DNA of 32,000 nt, taken from positions 6,180,001 to 6,212,000 of the forward strand of contig NZ_CP042911.1 in NCBI RefSeq assembly GCF_008065095.1, in the 5' to 3' direction. The notes under the pieces are model-generated. The model was not told where the DNA came from. It did no database searches and saw nothing but the letters and a program-made list of their open reading frames with translations. The position numbers and the translations under genes are program-made. Numbering within the stretch: the first letter of the stretch is position 1; each line of letters opens with the position of its first letter. Below, one piece after another: positions 16,669-25,514 of this stretch. Source of the DNA: Gemmata obscuriglobus. Its GTDB lineage: Bacteria > Planctomycetota > Planctomycetia > Gemmatales > Gemmataceae.

Positions 16669-18134
16669 GGCCGTGCCCCCGCCGCTTGCAGCCGCTTGCC
16701 CGCGTTCGGCCCCGTCGGCGCTTCCTTGACGTACACGTGGGGCGTGACCGACAGCCCGGCGTACAGCGTGTCGCCTTCCGGGTCGTAGTCTTCCAGCTCG
16801 ACCCGGACCGGGAGCCGCTGCACGACCTTGACGAAGTTGCCGGTCGCGTTCTGCGCCGGCAGCAGGGCGAGCGTCGAGCCGGTCCCGTAGGTGAACCCGG
16901 TGACCCGCCCCCGGAACACACGCCGGCTCCCGTAGGCGTCGGCGAACACCTCCACCCGCTGGCCGATCCGGAGTTCCGCGAGCTGGGTCTCTTTGAAGTT
17001 GGCGTCGATCCAGATTTCGGTGAGCGACCGCACCGCCATCAACTGCTGACCGGCCTGCACGTTGTTCCCCGGGTTCACGTTCCGCCGGGTCACCACGCCA
17101 TCGATTTCAGCCAGCACCCGGCAGTACCGCCGGTTGAGTTCGGCCTGATCGAGGTCACGCCGGGCCTGGAGCACCTTCGCTTCGGCTTGCTTCACCGCCG
17201 GCGCCTCGGGAACCAGCGCGGCGAAGATCCGGTCCACGTCCCCCTTCGCGTCCCGCGCGCGGAACTCCTCGATCACTTGCGTCGGCGTCGCCTCGGACTT
17301 CGAGAGCGGGAGCCCCACCTGCGCGGCGATGTGGGTCATGTCGGCCACCGCCTGCCGGACGGTCGAGAACGTCTGGTTCAGACCGGCCGGAACGTCGGTC
17401 AGCGCCCCGCCGTTCGGGGGCAGCGGGGGGAGCCCGAGACCGACCCGGACCTCGTACACCTCCTGCGTCGCCTGCTTGACCTGCGCCTCCGCCACCCCGA
17501 CGGCCTCGACCGCGGCGTCGTACACCTGCTTGCTCTCCGCCCCGCGGGCGAGCGTCTCCTTGAACCGGGCGAGGTCCGATTTCGCGCGTGCGAGGGTCGC
17601 ATCTTTGCTGCGGAGCGCGGCCACTCGGGCGTTCAGCAGGGCGATTTGGTTGTCAACCTGTTCGATCGCCGTCTGGAGTTTCCACCGCTGACTCCGGAGC
17701 TGGGCCAGTTGGCCCCGCACCTCGGACTCGGTCGCCCGTTTATCGGCCTCGGCCGCCGCGAGCGCGGCCTGCTTGATGTTGACCTGGACCTGATACGGTT
17801 CCGGGTCCAGTTCAACGAGAACGTCCCCGGCTTTGACCCGGGCGTTGTCGTCCACCAGAACCCGGAGTACCTGCCCGGGCACGCGCGGGGCGACGAACGT
17901 CACGTGCCCGTTCACGTAGGCGTCGTCGGTGGAAACCGTGTCCATCGCCGCGCGAACGGCCGGAACGGCGAACACGACCGCGGCCACCAGAGCCGCGAGA
18001 ACCACGACGCCGAGCACGACCCGTTTCCAGCCCCTCCGAGCCCCGGGTCCGCCCGGCCCCGAGGCGGCCCCTCCGGCCGCCGCGATCGGGGAACCGTTTG
18101 ATCCGCTCTCCGGAGATCCGGCACTTGCACTCAT
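16665..18134 (-). CDS. HlyD/EmrA-family membrane fusion protein
   Basis: N-terminal TM anchor. TDDAYVNGHVTFVAPRVPGQVLRVLVDDNARVKAGDVLVELD lipoyl-like motif. Long coiled coil. C-terminal beta-barrel (ATGNFVKVVQRLPVRVEL). Stop overlaps the MFS start (ATGA at 16665-16668). Confidence 0.9.
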   Translation of the reverse strand: MSASAGSPESGSNGSPIAAAGGAASGPGGPGARRGWKRVVLGVVVLAALVAAVVFAVPAVRAAMDTVSTDDAYVNGHVTFVAPRVPGQVLRVLVDDNARVKAGDVLVELDPEPYQVQVNIKQAALAAAEADKRATESEVRGQLAQLRSQRWKLQTAIEQVDNQIALLNARVAALRSKDATLARAKSDLARFKETLARGAESKQVYDAAVEAVGVAEAQVKQATQEVYEVRVGLGLPPLPPNGGALTDVPAGLNQTFSTVRQAVADMTHIAAQVGLPLSKSEATPTQVIEEFRARDAKGDVDRIFAALVPEAPAVKQAEAKVLQARRDLDQAELNRRYCRVLAEIDGVVTRRNVNPGNNVQAGQQLMAVRSLTEIWIDANFKETQLAELRIGQRVEVFADAYGSRRVFRGRVTGFTYGTGSTLALLPAQNATGNFVKVVQRLPVRVELEDYDPEGDTLYAGLSVTPHVYVKEAPTGPNAGKRLQAAGARP

Positions 18135-18584
18135 GACTGCCTCATGGGATCGGACACCACGCCAACCGCCCGACCGGATGTCACGTGCGCGTTCACCGAC
18201 GGCGTTCCCAGCCCGTTGTAGGTCCGGAGCGACCGTTTGTGAACCACACGTGGTACCGGCAGAAGCACCACACGCAATCGCAACCGCATTGTGTGAAACG
18301 ACCTACAGCCGATGCATCACGTGGTAACGAGACGATCCATTAGCAAGCCGCGCGCCATACCCGAAAAACAGCTTGAACGACAGCGAACCGAGGCTTAAAC
18401 GTGAACTGATGGGCTTCCGGCGGTGGGTCGCTTCGTGCCAAAGTGGCACTTGCCGGACGACACAAGCACCCTGCGGCGCGGGCTTATGGAGAAAACGAAG
18501 CGGCCCCGGGTTCATCACCTGGAGTCGCTACCATGTCTGCTGAACGCCGACAACTTGATCCTGGCAAAGCAACAACCGAAAACG

Positions 18585-19481
18585 TCACCAATCGTTTCTC
18601 AGAACCTCGCCACCGGCAGGGGACACCAGACCCCAGAAGGTAGCGGCGTCGATACTGACGCGAAGCAGGTTCACGCTGCCGTCGAGCCGTGCGACCATCA
18701 GCCCTTCCGGCAGCAGCGCCTGCGGAACGCGGTAATCGCAATCGATCATCAGCGGCAGCACTTGAAACGTTTTGACGCCCAAGTCACCTCGTTTCGAAAC
18801 GCCAGGGGGCATCGCATCCCCCATCGGATCATCGGCGAAGGAACTCGTGTGCAGAGAGATGTCTGGCGCCGTCCAGCAAGGTATGACCTTGCTGCCGCTG
18901 GGGAGCACGAACGTGTGGCAGATCGGGTTCGGCCCCCACGTGAACGGCGTTGAACCGCAGCGCGCGTAATGCGTGGTCATGGCAAGCGTTTGCGACGTGC
19001 CATCCGGTACGGACGCGGTCAGTGTCGCGCCGCGGTTAAAAACCATGTGATTGAAGGCATAACTCGAATCCCCCGACTGCTCTTGGTTATCACCGACCCA
19101 GCGGATGGGCGTGAACGGCGTGCCCCGAGAGTTTGAGAAACTCGGGTCGAACTCGCTCTGGATCTGAACGGGCCGCCACGGCTTCCCGTCGAGCGTCGCA
19201 GGCGGTTCGCCGAAGTTCCCCATCTCGAGATAAGGAATGAGTGACTGAAACAGTGACTCACCCTGGGACGGCGCGACCCCGAGGGTGTTTGGGAGTTGCC
19301 CGCCGTGCGCGTCGGCGAACGACTGGCAAGCCAAGGCGAACTGGCGAAATTTGTTCCCCTCGCGGATTCGCCCCGCGGCCTGCCGCACCTTTTGCACCGC
19401 AGGCAGCAAGAGGCCGATCAATGTCGCGATAATCAGCACCGCAATTATCAGCTCAATCAGCGTGAATCCGTTACGCTTCAT
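18585..19481 (-). CDS. DUF1559 / H-X9-DG protein with prepilin-type N-terminal methylation motif
   Basis: MKRNGFTLIELIIAVLIIATLIGLLLPAVQKVR type IV pilin-like leader. C-terminal ARLDGSVNLL (DG motif). AAGGAGG lies 7 nt upstream of the ATG. Confidence 0.9.
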   Translation of the reverse strand: MKRNGFTLIELIIAVLIIATLIGLLLPAVQKVRQAAGRIREGNKFRQFALACQSFADAHGGQLPNTLGVAPSQGESLFQSLIPYLEMGNFGEPPATLDGKPWRPVQIQSEFDPSFSNSRGTPFTPIRWVGDNQEQSGDSSYAFNHMVFNRGATLTASVPDGTSQTLAMTTHYARCGSTPFTWGPNPICHTFVLPSGSKVIPCWTAPDISLHTSSFADDPMGDAMPPGVSKRGDLGVKTFQVLPLMIDCDYRVPQALLPEGLMVARLDGSVNLLRVSIDAATFWGLVSPAGGEVLRNDW

Positions 19482-19611
19482 TGCATCTGCCTCCTTGGCA
19501 TCTCAGACCAGTCATCCGAAGCGAGTACCGCGCCGTAATTGAGCACGAAAACAAGCGGCGGAAGGGCCAGCAGCAGAAAGCCGGCTCGGCGCGCCCAGAT
19601 GTCCGCAGTGC

Positions 19612-20502
19612 CTACCCCTTGTTCAGCACCAGGTCCACGACCCAGCACCCGCGCACGTGCGGCCCCGGCCCGCGGCAGTGGTTCAGGATGTCCGCGCGGT
19701 CGCACCCGGCGTCCTGGAGCGCGTCCGCCAGAATCGGCATCGCGGAGAAGTCGCGGGACTCGTACATGTCTGCGGCGATCGCAACGACGGTGCCGGTAAG
19801 CCACTGCGGGGCCAGAGCCGCCGTGCGGCCACGCAGGCCGAAAACGCATTCGACAAGCCGGGCGCATTCTTCGCGGGACCGTACCGCCTGCGCCAGCCGG
19901 AGCGCGGCGTGGGCTCCCGCCCAGGGAAACACCGACGCCATTATCAAGGCAACCCGAGCCTCCGCCTGGGACGAGGCGAACTGATGCACGCCGTGCGCGT
20001 CAATCGCTGACTTGGCCACCGGACCCAGTGAAGCGTGCGGTTGCTCAGCGCGGGCCTCGGTCTCGACGAGCAGCGTGTCCGAGTCGTCGCCCGGCGTGCA
20101 ACAGGCACAGCGGCAGCAAGCGACGGTGAAGAGTAACAGTTTCCGGTTAGTATGATTGGGCTGAACGCAGTCGAGCACGTCCAGTGGGTCAAGGCCGGCC
20201 AGCCGCTCCCGTTGGGCTTGTTCCGCCTGCGGGAGCAATTCCGGTCGCCGCTGCACAAGTGCCGCACGTCGGGCCTCGGCGTCCTCGTCCCCCGGCCGAT
20301 CGCGTAACACGGCCTCGTAGGCTACGAGTGCGTCGTCCCACTGCCCGGCTCGCTCGGCACCCCACGCACGGGTGATCACATCGTCCCGTGTCGGCGTCAA
20401 GAGTCGGTAGCGCACGGCAAAGGGGCGAACCAGACACCACAACCACCACCCGGCTGAGTACACAGTGCAGGCGACGACCAGACCGACAAACATCAGCGCC
20501 AT
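19612..20502 (-). CDS. membrane-anchored hypothetical protein with Cys cluster and Cys/His-rich C-terminal module
   Basis: Probable start at 20502 or 20493 (MALMFVGLVVACTVYSAGWWLW, a TM segment). ACCRCACC cluster. C-terminal PILADALQDAGCDRADILNHCRGPGPHVRGCWVVDLVLNKG. The track ORF upstream extension to 20802 overlaps the neighbouring gene. Confidence 0.65.
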   Translation of the reverse strand: MALMFVGLVVACTVYSAGWWLWCLVRPFAVRYRLLTPTRDDVITRAWGAERAGQWDDALVAYEAVLRDRPGDEDAEARRAALVQRRPELLPQAEQAQRERLAGLDPLDVLDCVQPNHTNRKLLLFTVACCRCACCTPGDDSDTLLVETEARAEQPHASLGPVAKSAIDAHGVHQFASSQAEARVALIMASVFPWAGAHAALRLAQAVRSREECARLVECVFGLRGRTAALAPQWLTGTVVAIAADMYESRDFSAMPILADALQDAGCDRADILNHCRGPGPHVRGCWVVDLVLNKG

Positions 20503-20701
20503 CAGAGTAGCCCCGCCCACGCCCCGCCCTCCTCTCGCCGTCGGCACGATTGGCCCGCGCCAACTCCCGCTCCCAGCAAAGCCGTTACCCCACTCAACGC
20601 CGCCTTCACTTCCCTTCCTTGCTCCCAGCTTGTCGCGGCTCCCAATGGCGTGCGGCCCTGCCGAGTCCTGAAATGTGTCGCCTGGGTTCCGCGGTGGCGG
20701 G

Positions 20702-21106
20702 TCACACCGTCGAGACAACCAGCCGGATGGCTTCCTTCTCGGGAATGCCCGCGACCTCGGCCACAACGGGGTAGAGTTGGAGGACATCCCACCCGGTAGC
20801 ACCCCGCAGGAACTTCACAGCTTCTTGAAGGTCCATTCCGCTGCCGAGCGCAGTACGCAAGGCGATCTTGACTTCATCACGAAACGGACCGGTCGGCACG
20901 TCTTGGACGCGCTCAGCCAACCTGCGCCAGCCCAGCCCGCGCAGAATCGGAGTGGCCACGCCACTCAAACCAACCACGAGCAACGCGGCCAGCATCAGCC
21001 ACGGGTTCGGCGATGGGGCGACGACAGCGCTCAGGAACACCCCACCGCACAGGCCCCGAACGTAAAGCAGTCTCGCGCCCCAACTTGTCAGGTCGCTCGG
21101 GTTCAT
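20702..21106 (-). CDS. small membrane protein (2 predicted TM), hypothetical
   Basis: ATG at 21106 (MNPSDLTSW...). Hydrophobic segments GLCGGVFLSAVVA and WLMLAALLVVGLSGV. Soluble C-terminal part of about 70 aa. Confidence 0.55.
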   Translation of the reverse strand: MNPSDLTSWGARLLYVRGLCGGVFLSAVVAPSPNPWLMLAALLVVGLSGVATPILRGLGWRRLAERVQDVPTGPFRDEVKIALRTALGSGMDLQEAVKFLRGATGWDVLQLYPVVAEVAGIPEKEAIRLVVSTV

Positions 21107-21312
21107 GCCCGTCTCCGCTTCGACAAGGACTCGCAATCAGCATGACCGATCAAAACCCGCTCGCCAAGGCCCAATTAATTCGTTCGCCCTTGCGAACGAC
21201 AAACACCCCGGACATCTTGTGCGGTTTCGCTTTGTTAATCGGTTCGCAACCGGGAGCTGACGCCGGTCGAACCCGCTGCCGCTCGGTGCGACCAACACGG
21301 GTTTACAACTCC

Positions 21313-21549
21313 CATACACGAGGTTCACGTTGCCCGTGGAACCGTTGCTGTGGGGGCGCTTACGCGGCCCGGCGGGAGGCGGGTCGGGGCATCGGCAGCA
21401 GGTTGGTCGAGGGGTCGATCAAGCAATTCGTCAACCGGCGGCTGAAGCAGACCGGTGCGCGGTGGAAGGTGCGACGCGTCGGCCCCTTGGTGGAACTCGC
21501 CGCGTTGATTGAGACGCCGGATCGGAACGCCCTCCGGGGCACCGCCTAA
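21313..21549 (+). pseudogene. C-terminal relic of a DDE transposase related to the ISKra4-like element at 23782-25514
   Basis: HTRGSRCPWNRCCGGAYAARREAGRGIGSRLVEGSIKQFVNRRLKQTGARWKV...LAALIETPDR aligns by eye with HARTYLGNNRDRMAYPRYRRNGLPTTSSLVESLVGEINARVKSTQKHWTR...LRAAVLSQDDR of the intact copy. No upstream catalytic region. Confidence 0.55.
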
Positions 21550-21680
21550 TTCGCGTGCCAAAGTCCGAGTGCCAAAACCTGCGGGGGCACAGGGGCACCC
21601 GGGGATATTTGGCGGTTGCCTCGGTCCGTTAAGTCGCACACAATGGCAGCCCCACCTGACCCCTTTCGAGGCGCTGCTTT

Positions 21681-22775
21681 ATGCTCCGCGTTCGCGTCGC
21701 ACTATTTCTTTTCGGACTCATCAGCGTTCTGCCGCCCGTCGCGGCACAGCCGGCGCCTGTGAGAGCACACACCGCACTCGTCCACGCCGTCACGGTGTCG
21801 CCCGATGGCAAGACGCTCGCCACCGCCGGGTTCGACAACGTCGTCAAGCTCTGGGGCGTTGGCCCCGACGGCACGCTGACGGAACGCAAGGTTGCGCTCA
21901 CCGGGCACGTCGGGCCAGTGTACGCCGTCGCTTTTCACCCCACCGACACCAAACTCGTTGCAACCGCCAGCCAGGACAAGACCGCCAAGATCTGGGACCT
22001 CACCGACGGAAAGTCCAAGGTCGAGTTAAAGGGGCACACCGACATCGTGGACGCTGTCGCGTTCAGCCCGGACGGCAAGACCCTCGCCACGGCCGGTGCG
22101 GACAAGACCGTCCGGCTGTGGAACCCGACCGACGGCAAGGAACTCAAGAACCTCGGCGCCCACGACGGCTCGGTGTACAGCCTCGCGTTCAGCCCGGATG
22201 GAAAGCTGCTCGCGTCTGCCGGGGCCGGGAAAGATAACCTCGTAAAGGTGTGGGACGTCAAAGGGCAGAAGGAGTTCACGCAACTAAAGGGGCACGAGCA
22301 ACCGGTCACCGCGGTCACGTTCGCAGGTAACGACGTGATCGTCACCGCGTCGATGGACCGCACCATCCGGACCTGGAGCACGAAAGACGTTGCGGAACCG
22401 AAGAAGGATGTGCCTGAACCCAAGAAAGACACCAAGGAGCTGAAGAAAGACGGAAAGGACAAGAAAGATACCAAGGAGCCGAAGGACGCCAAGGAGCCGA
22501 AAGAAGTGAAGGAGTACAAGGACCCGAAAGAGCTGAAGAAGTTCGGGCCGACCGCAGACGACCCCTACGCCATTGCATGGTCGGAGAAGACGAAGACGCT
22601 GGCGGTGTGCGGCTACTCGGGACAGATTACGCTGTGGGGACTCAATTCGGACAAGCCGACTCTGACGAAGGCGATCAAGTCGCCCGGGTACTGCATCGCG
22701 TTTACCGCAGACGGAACGGGAGTGTTCACCGGCCACGACAACGGAACCGTTGCGTTTACTCCCACCGGGAAATAG
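21681..22775 (+). CDS. exported WD40-repeat protein with a Lys/Glu/Pro-rich insertion
   Basis: Signal peptide MLRVRVALFLFGLISVLPPVAAQ. Five consecutive WD blades (SPDGKTLATAGFDNVVKLW, ASQDKTAKIWD, GADKTVRLWN, NLVKVWD, MDRTIRTW). A 55-aa KDxKEPK tract follows, then two more blade-like segments. Confidence 0.88.
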   Translation: MLRVRVALFLFGLISVLPPVAAQPAPVRAHTALVHAVTVSPDGKTLATAGFDNVVKLWGVGPDGTLTERKVALTGHVGPVYAVAFHPTDTKLVATASQDKTAKIWDLTDGKSKVELKGHTDIVDAVAFSPDGKTLATAGADKTVRLWNPTDGKELKNLGAHDGSVYSLAFSPDGKLLASAGAGKDNLVKVWDVKGQKEFTQLKGHEQPVTAVTFAGNDVIVTASMDRTIRTWSTKDVAEPKKDVPEPKKDTKELKKDGKDKKDTKEPKDAKEPKEVKEYKDPKELKKFGPTADDPYAIAWSEKTKTLAVCGYSGQITLWGLNSDKPTLTKAIKSPGYCIAFTADGTGVFTGHDNGTVAFTPTGK

Positions 22776-22959
22776 GCGGTGGCGGCGGTTCGACCGCGCG
22801 GGGCGCGGTCGGAACGGGTTGCGGGAGCGGTTCGCGTGCGAACCACACGGCACGGCTCCCGCGCAGGAGTGGGTCGTTCGCGTAGGGTTTCGTGGCGAAC
22901 CCACACCCGGTGGTCACGAGCCCGGCGCAGAGCGCGGCGAAGCGCACGGCTGATCGCAT
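22756..22959 (-). CDS. small lipoprotein-like protein (67 aa)
   Basis: MRSAVRFAALCAGLVTTGCG signal with a Cys after a G (non-canonical lipobox). Pro-rich tail. 3' end overlaps the WD40 gene 3' end by 20 bp (convergent). Confidence 0.45.
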   Translation of the reverse strand: MRSAVRFAALCAGLVTTGCGFATKPYANDPLLRGSRAVWFAREPLPQPVPTAPRAVEPPPPPISRWE

Positions 22960-23076
22960 TCAAGAACCCCGCGCTGGTACCTCTTCATGTATCGGCGTGC
23001 GAGGTTGCGGCAATTGAATCGGACTCTTGAAGCGGTCGCCCCTGCTCCGGCTCTCACCGTGCGCGTCGGTTTGGAT

Positions 23077-23193
23077 TTAACCCCAATACCGTTCGTCGAA
23101 GCCTCGCTCCAGGGGGGCGATGGCGATCGTGTAACGAGTTACGTCACGAAAACGGGCCTCGCCGCCCCCTTCGACGAACGGTATTGGGGTTAA
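23077..23193. repeat. 117-bp element with 25-bp perfect terminal inverted repeats beginning and ending in TTAA
   Basis: TTAACCCCAATACCGTTCGTCGAAG (23077-23101) and its exact reverse complement CTTCGACGAACGGTATTGGGGTTAA (23169-23193). The 67-nt spacer has an inner palindrome GTAACgaGTTAC. Confidence 0.85.
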
Positions 23194-23499
23194 TACTACT
23201 CCGTCACCTCGCCACAAATTCTTATTTTACAACGCTTTACGCACACGCCCCAGAGCACATCTCGATGAGACATTTTTTAGAATATGGACTTGAGTCGGAT
23301 GAAATGCTCACTGCCCCAGCGGAATGTTTGCTGCTCTCGTGAACGGACTCACCAGAATCGCTGGGATTTGAACCCATTGCGAGGTCACGGACCTGTAGGT
23401 ATAGATCGCCATAAATCGCGACAATTTAATTAGTTGCGGCGAAGTAACGGAGTGGTACTAGGACCCTCGCAGAGTATGAGCAGCACTTGGTCGGGCAAC

Positions 23500-23660
23500 T
23501 CTGCACTGGTGATCGTGTACCAGGTGCTGCGCCAGCGTATGCCCTATCGGGAACTCGGACCCGACTACTACGACCGACTCCAACCCGAAAGGCGAACCCG
23601 CAACCTGGTTCAGCGACTGGGGCAACTCGGGCACAAGGTGGCACTGGAAACCCGACCGAC
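23500..23660 (+). pseudogene. 3'-terminal fragment of an IS110-family transposase
   Basis: ALVIVYQVLRQRMPYRELGPDYYDRLQPERRTRNLVQRLGQLGHKVALE matches the characteristic IS110 C-terminus (..PY.d.G.DYyd......r...LvrrLe.LGy.V.Le). No N-terminal DEDD domain. Upstream sequence is low-GC and unrelated. Confidence 0.7.
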
Positions 23661-23781
23661 TCCAGACCAGAACACGCCACGCAACCGGACACGCCACGCA
23701 ACCGGGGTAATTTTCAGAGCAGTACAGTCTATCCCGCCGTGCAACGAACGTAGGCCACCACCCAACTCTTCAGGTTCTCGG

Positions 23782-25514
23782 GAGGTCACGCCACGGTTTG
23801 CAGTAGGCCTTGCGGTCCTCGGGGCACGGGATAGGAAAAGCGCGGGGCGATTTCGCCGCAACTCTCGTGCGGGGCGAGTCATGAGCACACCGCGTTTCAC
23901 GGCCGAGGAACTCGACCGCCTTCGAGCACTGGCGGCGGAGTGGGGCAAAATCGTTTCCAAGCGGGCGTTCGGGGACGACGGGCCGGGATTGGACGTGGAC
24001 TTCCGGACGATGGAGCAGATCGCCACCGCGGCGGCACAAGGGCTCACCGAAGGTGCCCTCCAGCAGATGCTCCACCAGCAGGCCCGGAAGGTGCCCGAAC
24101 AGGTTCCGTGTCCGGTGTGTGGCGAGCCGTGCCCGACCCGACCACACACCCGCACCCTGGCGGCCCAAGGGGCCACGGTTCAACAGGCCGAACGGATCGC
24201 CCATTGTCCCGCCTGCCGGCGGGACTTTTTCCCCCCTGCGGCTGGCCCTCGGGCTGGATGAGCACGGGTACAGTTCCTCGGTCGTTCAACGCATCGTCAC
24301 GGCCGCCGCCCGGTTCTCCTCGTTCCGGGATGCCGCCGAGGCGGTGCGGATGACCGGGGTCACGATCAGCGACAACCAGGTGCGCCGACTGGCTCACGAG
24401 GTCGGGCACGAGTTGATCGCGCGGCGCGATCGGAAGGCGGTCGAGCACCGGCGCCGCCAGTTAGAGCCGCGGACCGCGGTGGTGCCCGTGGCCGTGGTGG
24501 TCGAGGTCGATGGGGGGCGCATCCGCACCCGCGCCGCGGGCGCCGGCCCGGGTGTTCACGAGGCCCAGAACAAGGAGGACAAGGTGGCGTGCCTGGCCAC
24601 CCTGAGTGGCCCCACGTTCGCCACGGACCCGTGCCCCGAGCCGCCCGAGTCGTTCCGCTGCCCGCGCCGGGTGCGGCGCCTGGTGCAGCAGATGAAGGGC
24701 CCGGCGGGCGAGGTCGCGCCCCCGGAAACCGTGGACGAATCGACGCCCCCGGTGCCGGCCGGGGAACCCGAAGGGGCCGAGCGGTGGTCCCCGACGCGGT
24801 TGGTGCGGACGTGCGTGGCGAGCCTGGAGGGGAGTACCGCGTTCGGCCCGATGATGGCCGCCGAGGCCCAGGAGCGGCGCTTCTATGAGGCCCCGCGTCG
24901 GGCGTTCGTAGCCGACGGTCAGGCGTACAACTGGACCATCTGGCGCGGGTACTTTGGTGCGTTCGAGCCGATCGTGGATTTCCTGCACGCGGTGTGTTAC
25001 GTGTTCTCGTCGGCCGCGGCCGTGAGCCCCGATGAGGCGTCGGGTTGGTCCCAATACGTGGCCTGGATGCGCGCGTGCTGGCAGGGTCGCGTTGGAGAAG
25101 TGCTCACCGAACTGGATCAGTGGCAGGCGCGGCTGGGTGAGCCCCCACCGGGTGAGGCGGCGACGGCCGAGGAGCGCCGGGACCCGCGCCGGGTGGTGGC
25201 GCACGCGCGGACCTACTTGGGGAACAATCGGGATCGCATGGCGTACCCGCGATACCGGCGCAACGGGCTACCGACGACGAGTAGCTTGGTCGAGTCACTG
25301 GTGGGCGAGATCAACGCCCGGGTGAAGAGCACACAGAAGCATTGGACCCGGCCCGACGGTGCCGAATCGATCCTGCAACTGCGGGCCGCCGTGCTGAGCC
25401 AAGACGACCGGCTCCCACGGTTCTTCGCCGAACGGCCGGGCTCCTCGTTCCGCAAACGAGATACACTCTGCCACAAATCAGAGGGTGCCACAGCACAAAC
25501 CGTGGCGTGACCTC
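23782..25514 (+). mobile_element. complete IS (ISKra4-like DDE transposase), 1733 bp
   Basis: 19-bp perfect terminal IRs GAGGTCACGCCACGGTTTG (23782-23800) and CAAACCGTGGCGTGACCTC (25496-25514). Flanked by a 9-bp direct repeat GGTTCTCGG (23773-23781 and 25515-25523). Confidence 0.88.
23881..25510 (+). pseudogene. ISKra4-like DDE transposase, reading frame split at a T5C6 run (24226-24236)
   Basis: Frame A (ATG at 23881): MSTPRFTAEELDRL...CPVCGEPC...CPACRRDFFP, then stop at 24261. The +1 frame continues LRLALGLDEHGY...VVVEVDGGRIRT...FVADGQAYNW...SSLVESLVGEINARVK (DDE-like). Removing one C restores a single ORF of about 540 aa. Family assignment is tentative. Confidence 0.75.

Noticed and set aside
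18435-18449. GTGCCAaagTGGCAC palindrome followed by TTGCC, considered as a sigma-54 -24/-12 promoter or pump operator
   Set aside because: GG-to-GC spacing is about 7 nt, not the required 12. It is oriented on the plus strand, away from the pump operon, and no regulator gene is nearby. It remains only a 6-bp palindrome.
22380-22544. Short tandem DNA repeats considered as a possible CRISPR or minisatellite
   Set aside because: The repeats are imperfect, in frame, and encode the Lys/Glu/Pro tract inside the WD40 gene. There is no repeat-spacer architecture.
22987-23193. 68-aa ORF covering the 117-bp palindromic element
   Set aside because: The ORF is largely made of the two 25-bp inverted arms and the spacer, and it ends exactly at the right arm. 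It is more parsimoniously a by-product of the repeat.
23363-23375. tRNA-like T-arm (reverse complement GGGTTCAAATCCC), possible tRNA gene or att-site remnant on the minus strand
   Set aside because: I could not build acceptor, D or anticodon arms from the flanking sequence. The candidate 3' acceptor CGATTCT has no complementary 5' strand, and the adjacent hairpin has a 3-nt loop. At most this is a 3' tRNA fragment, and it may be chance.
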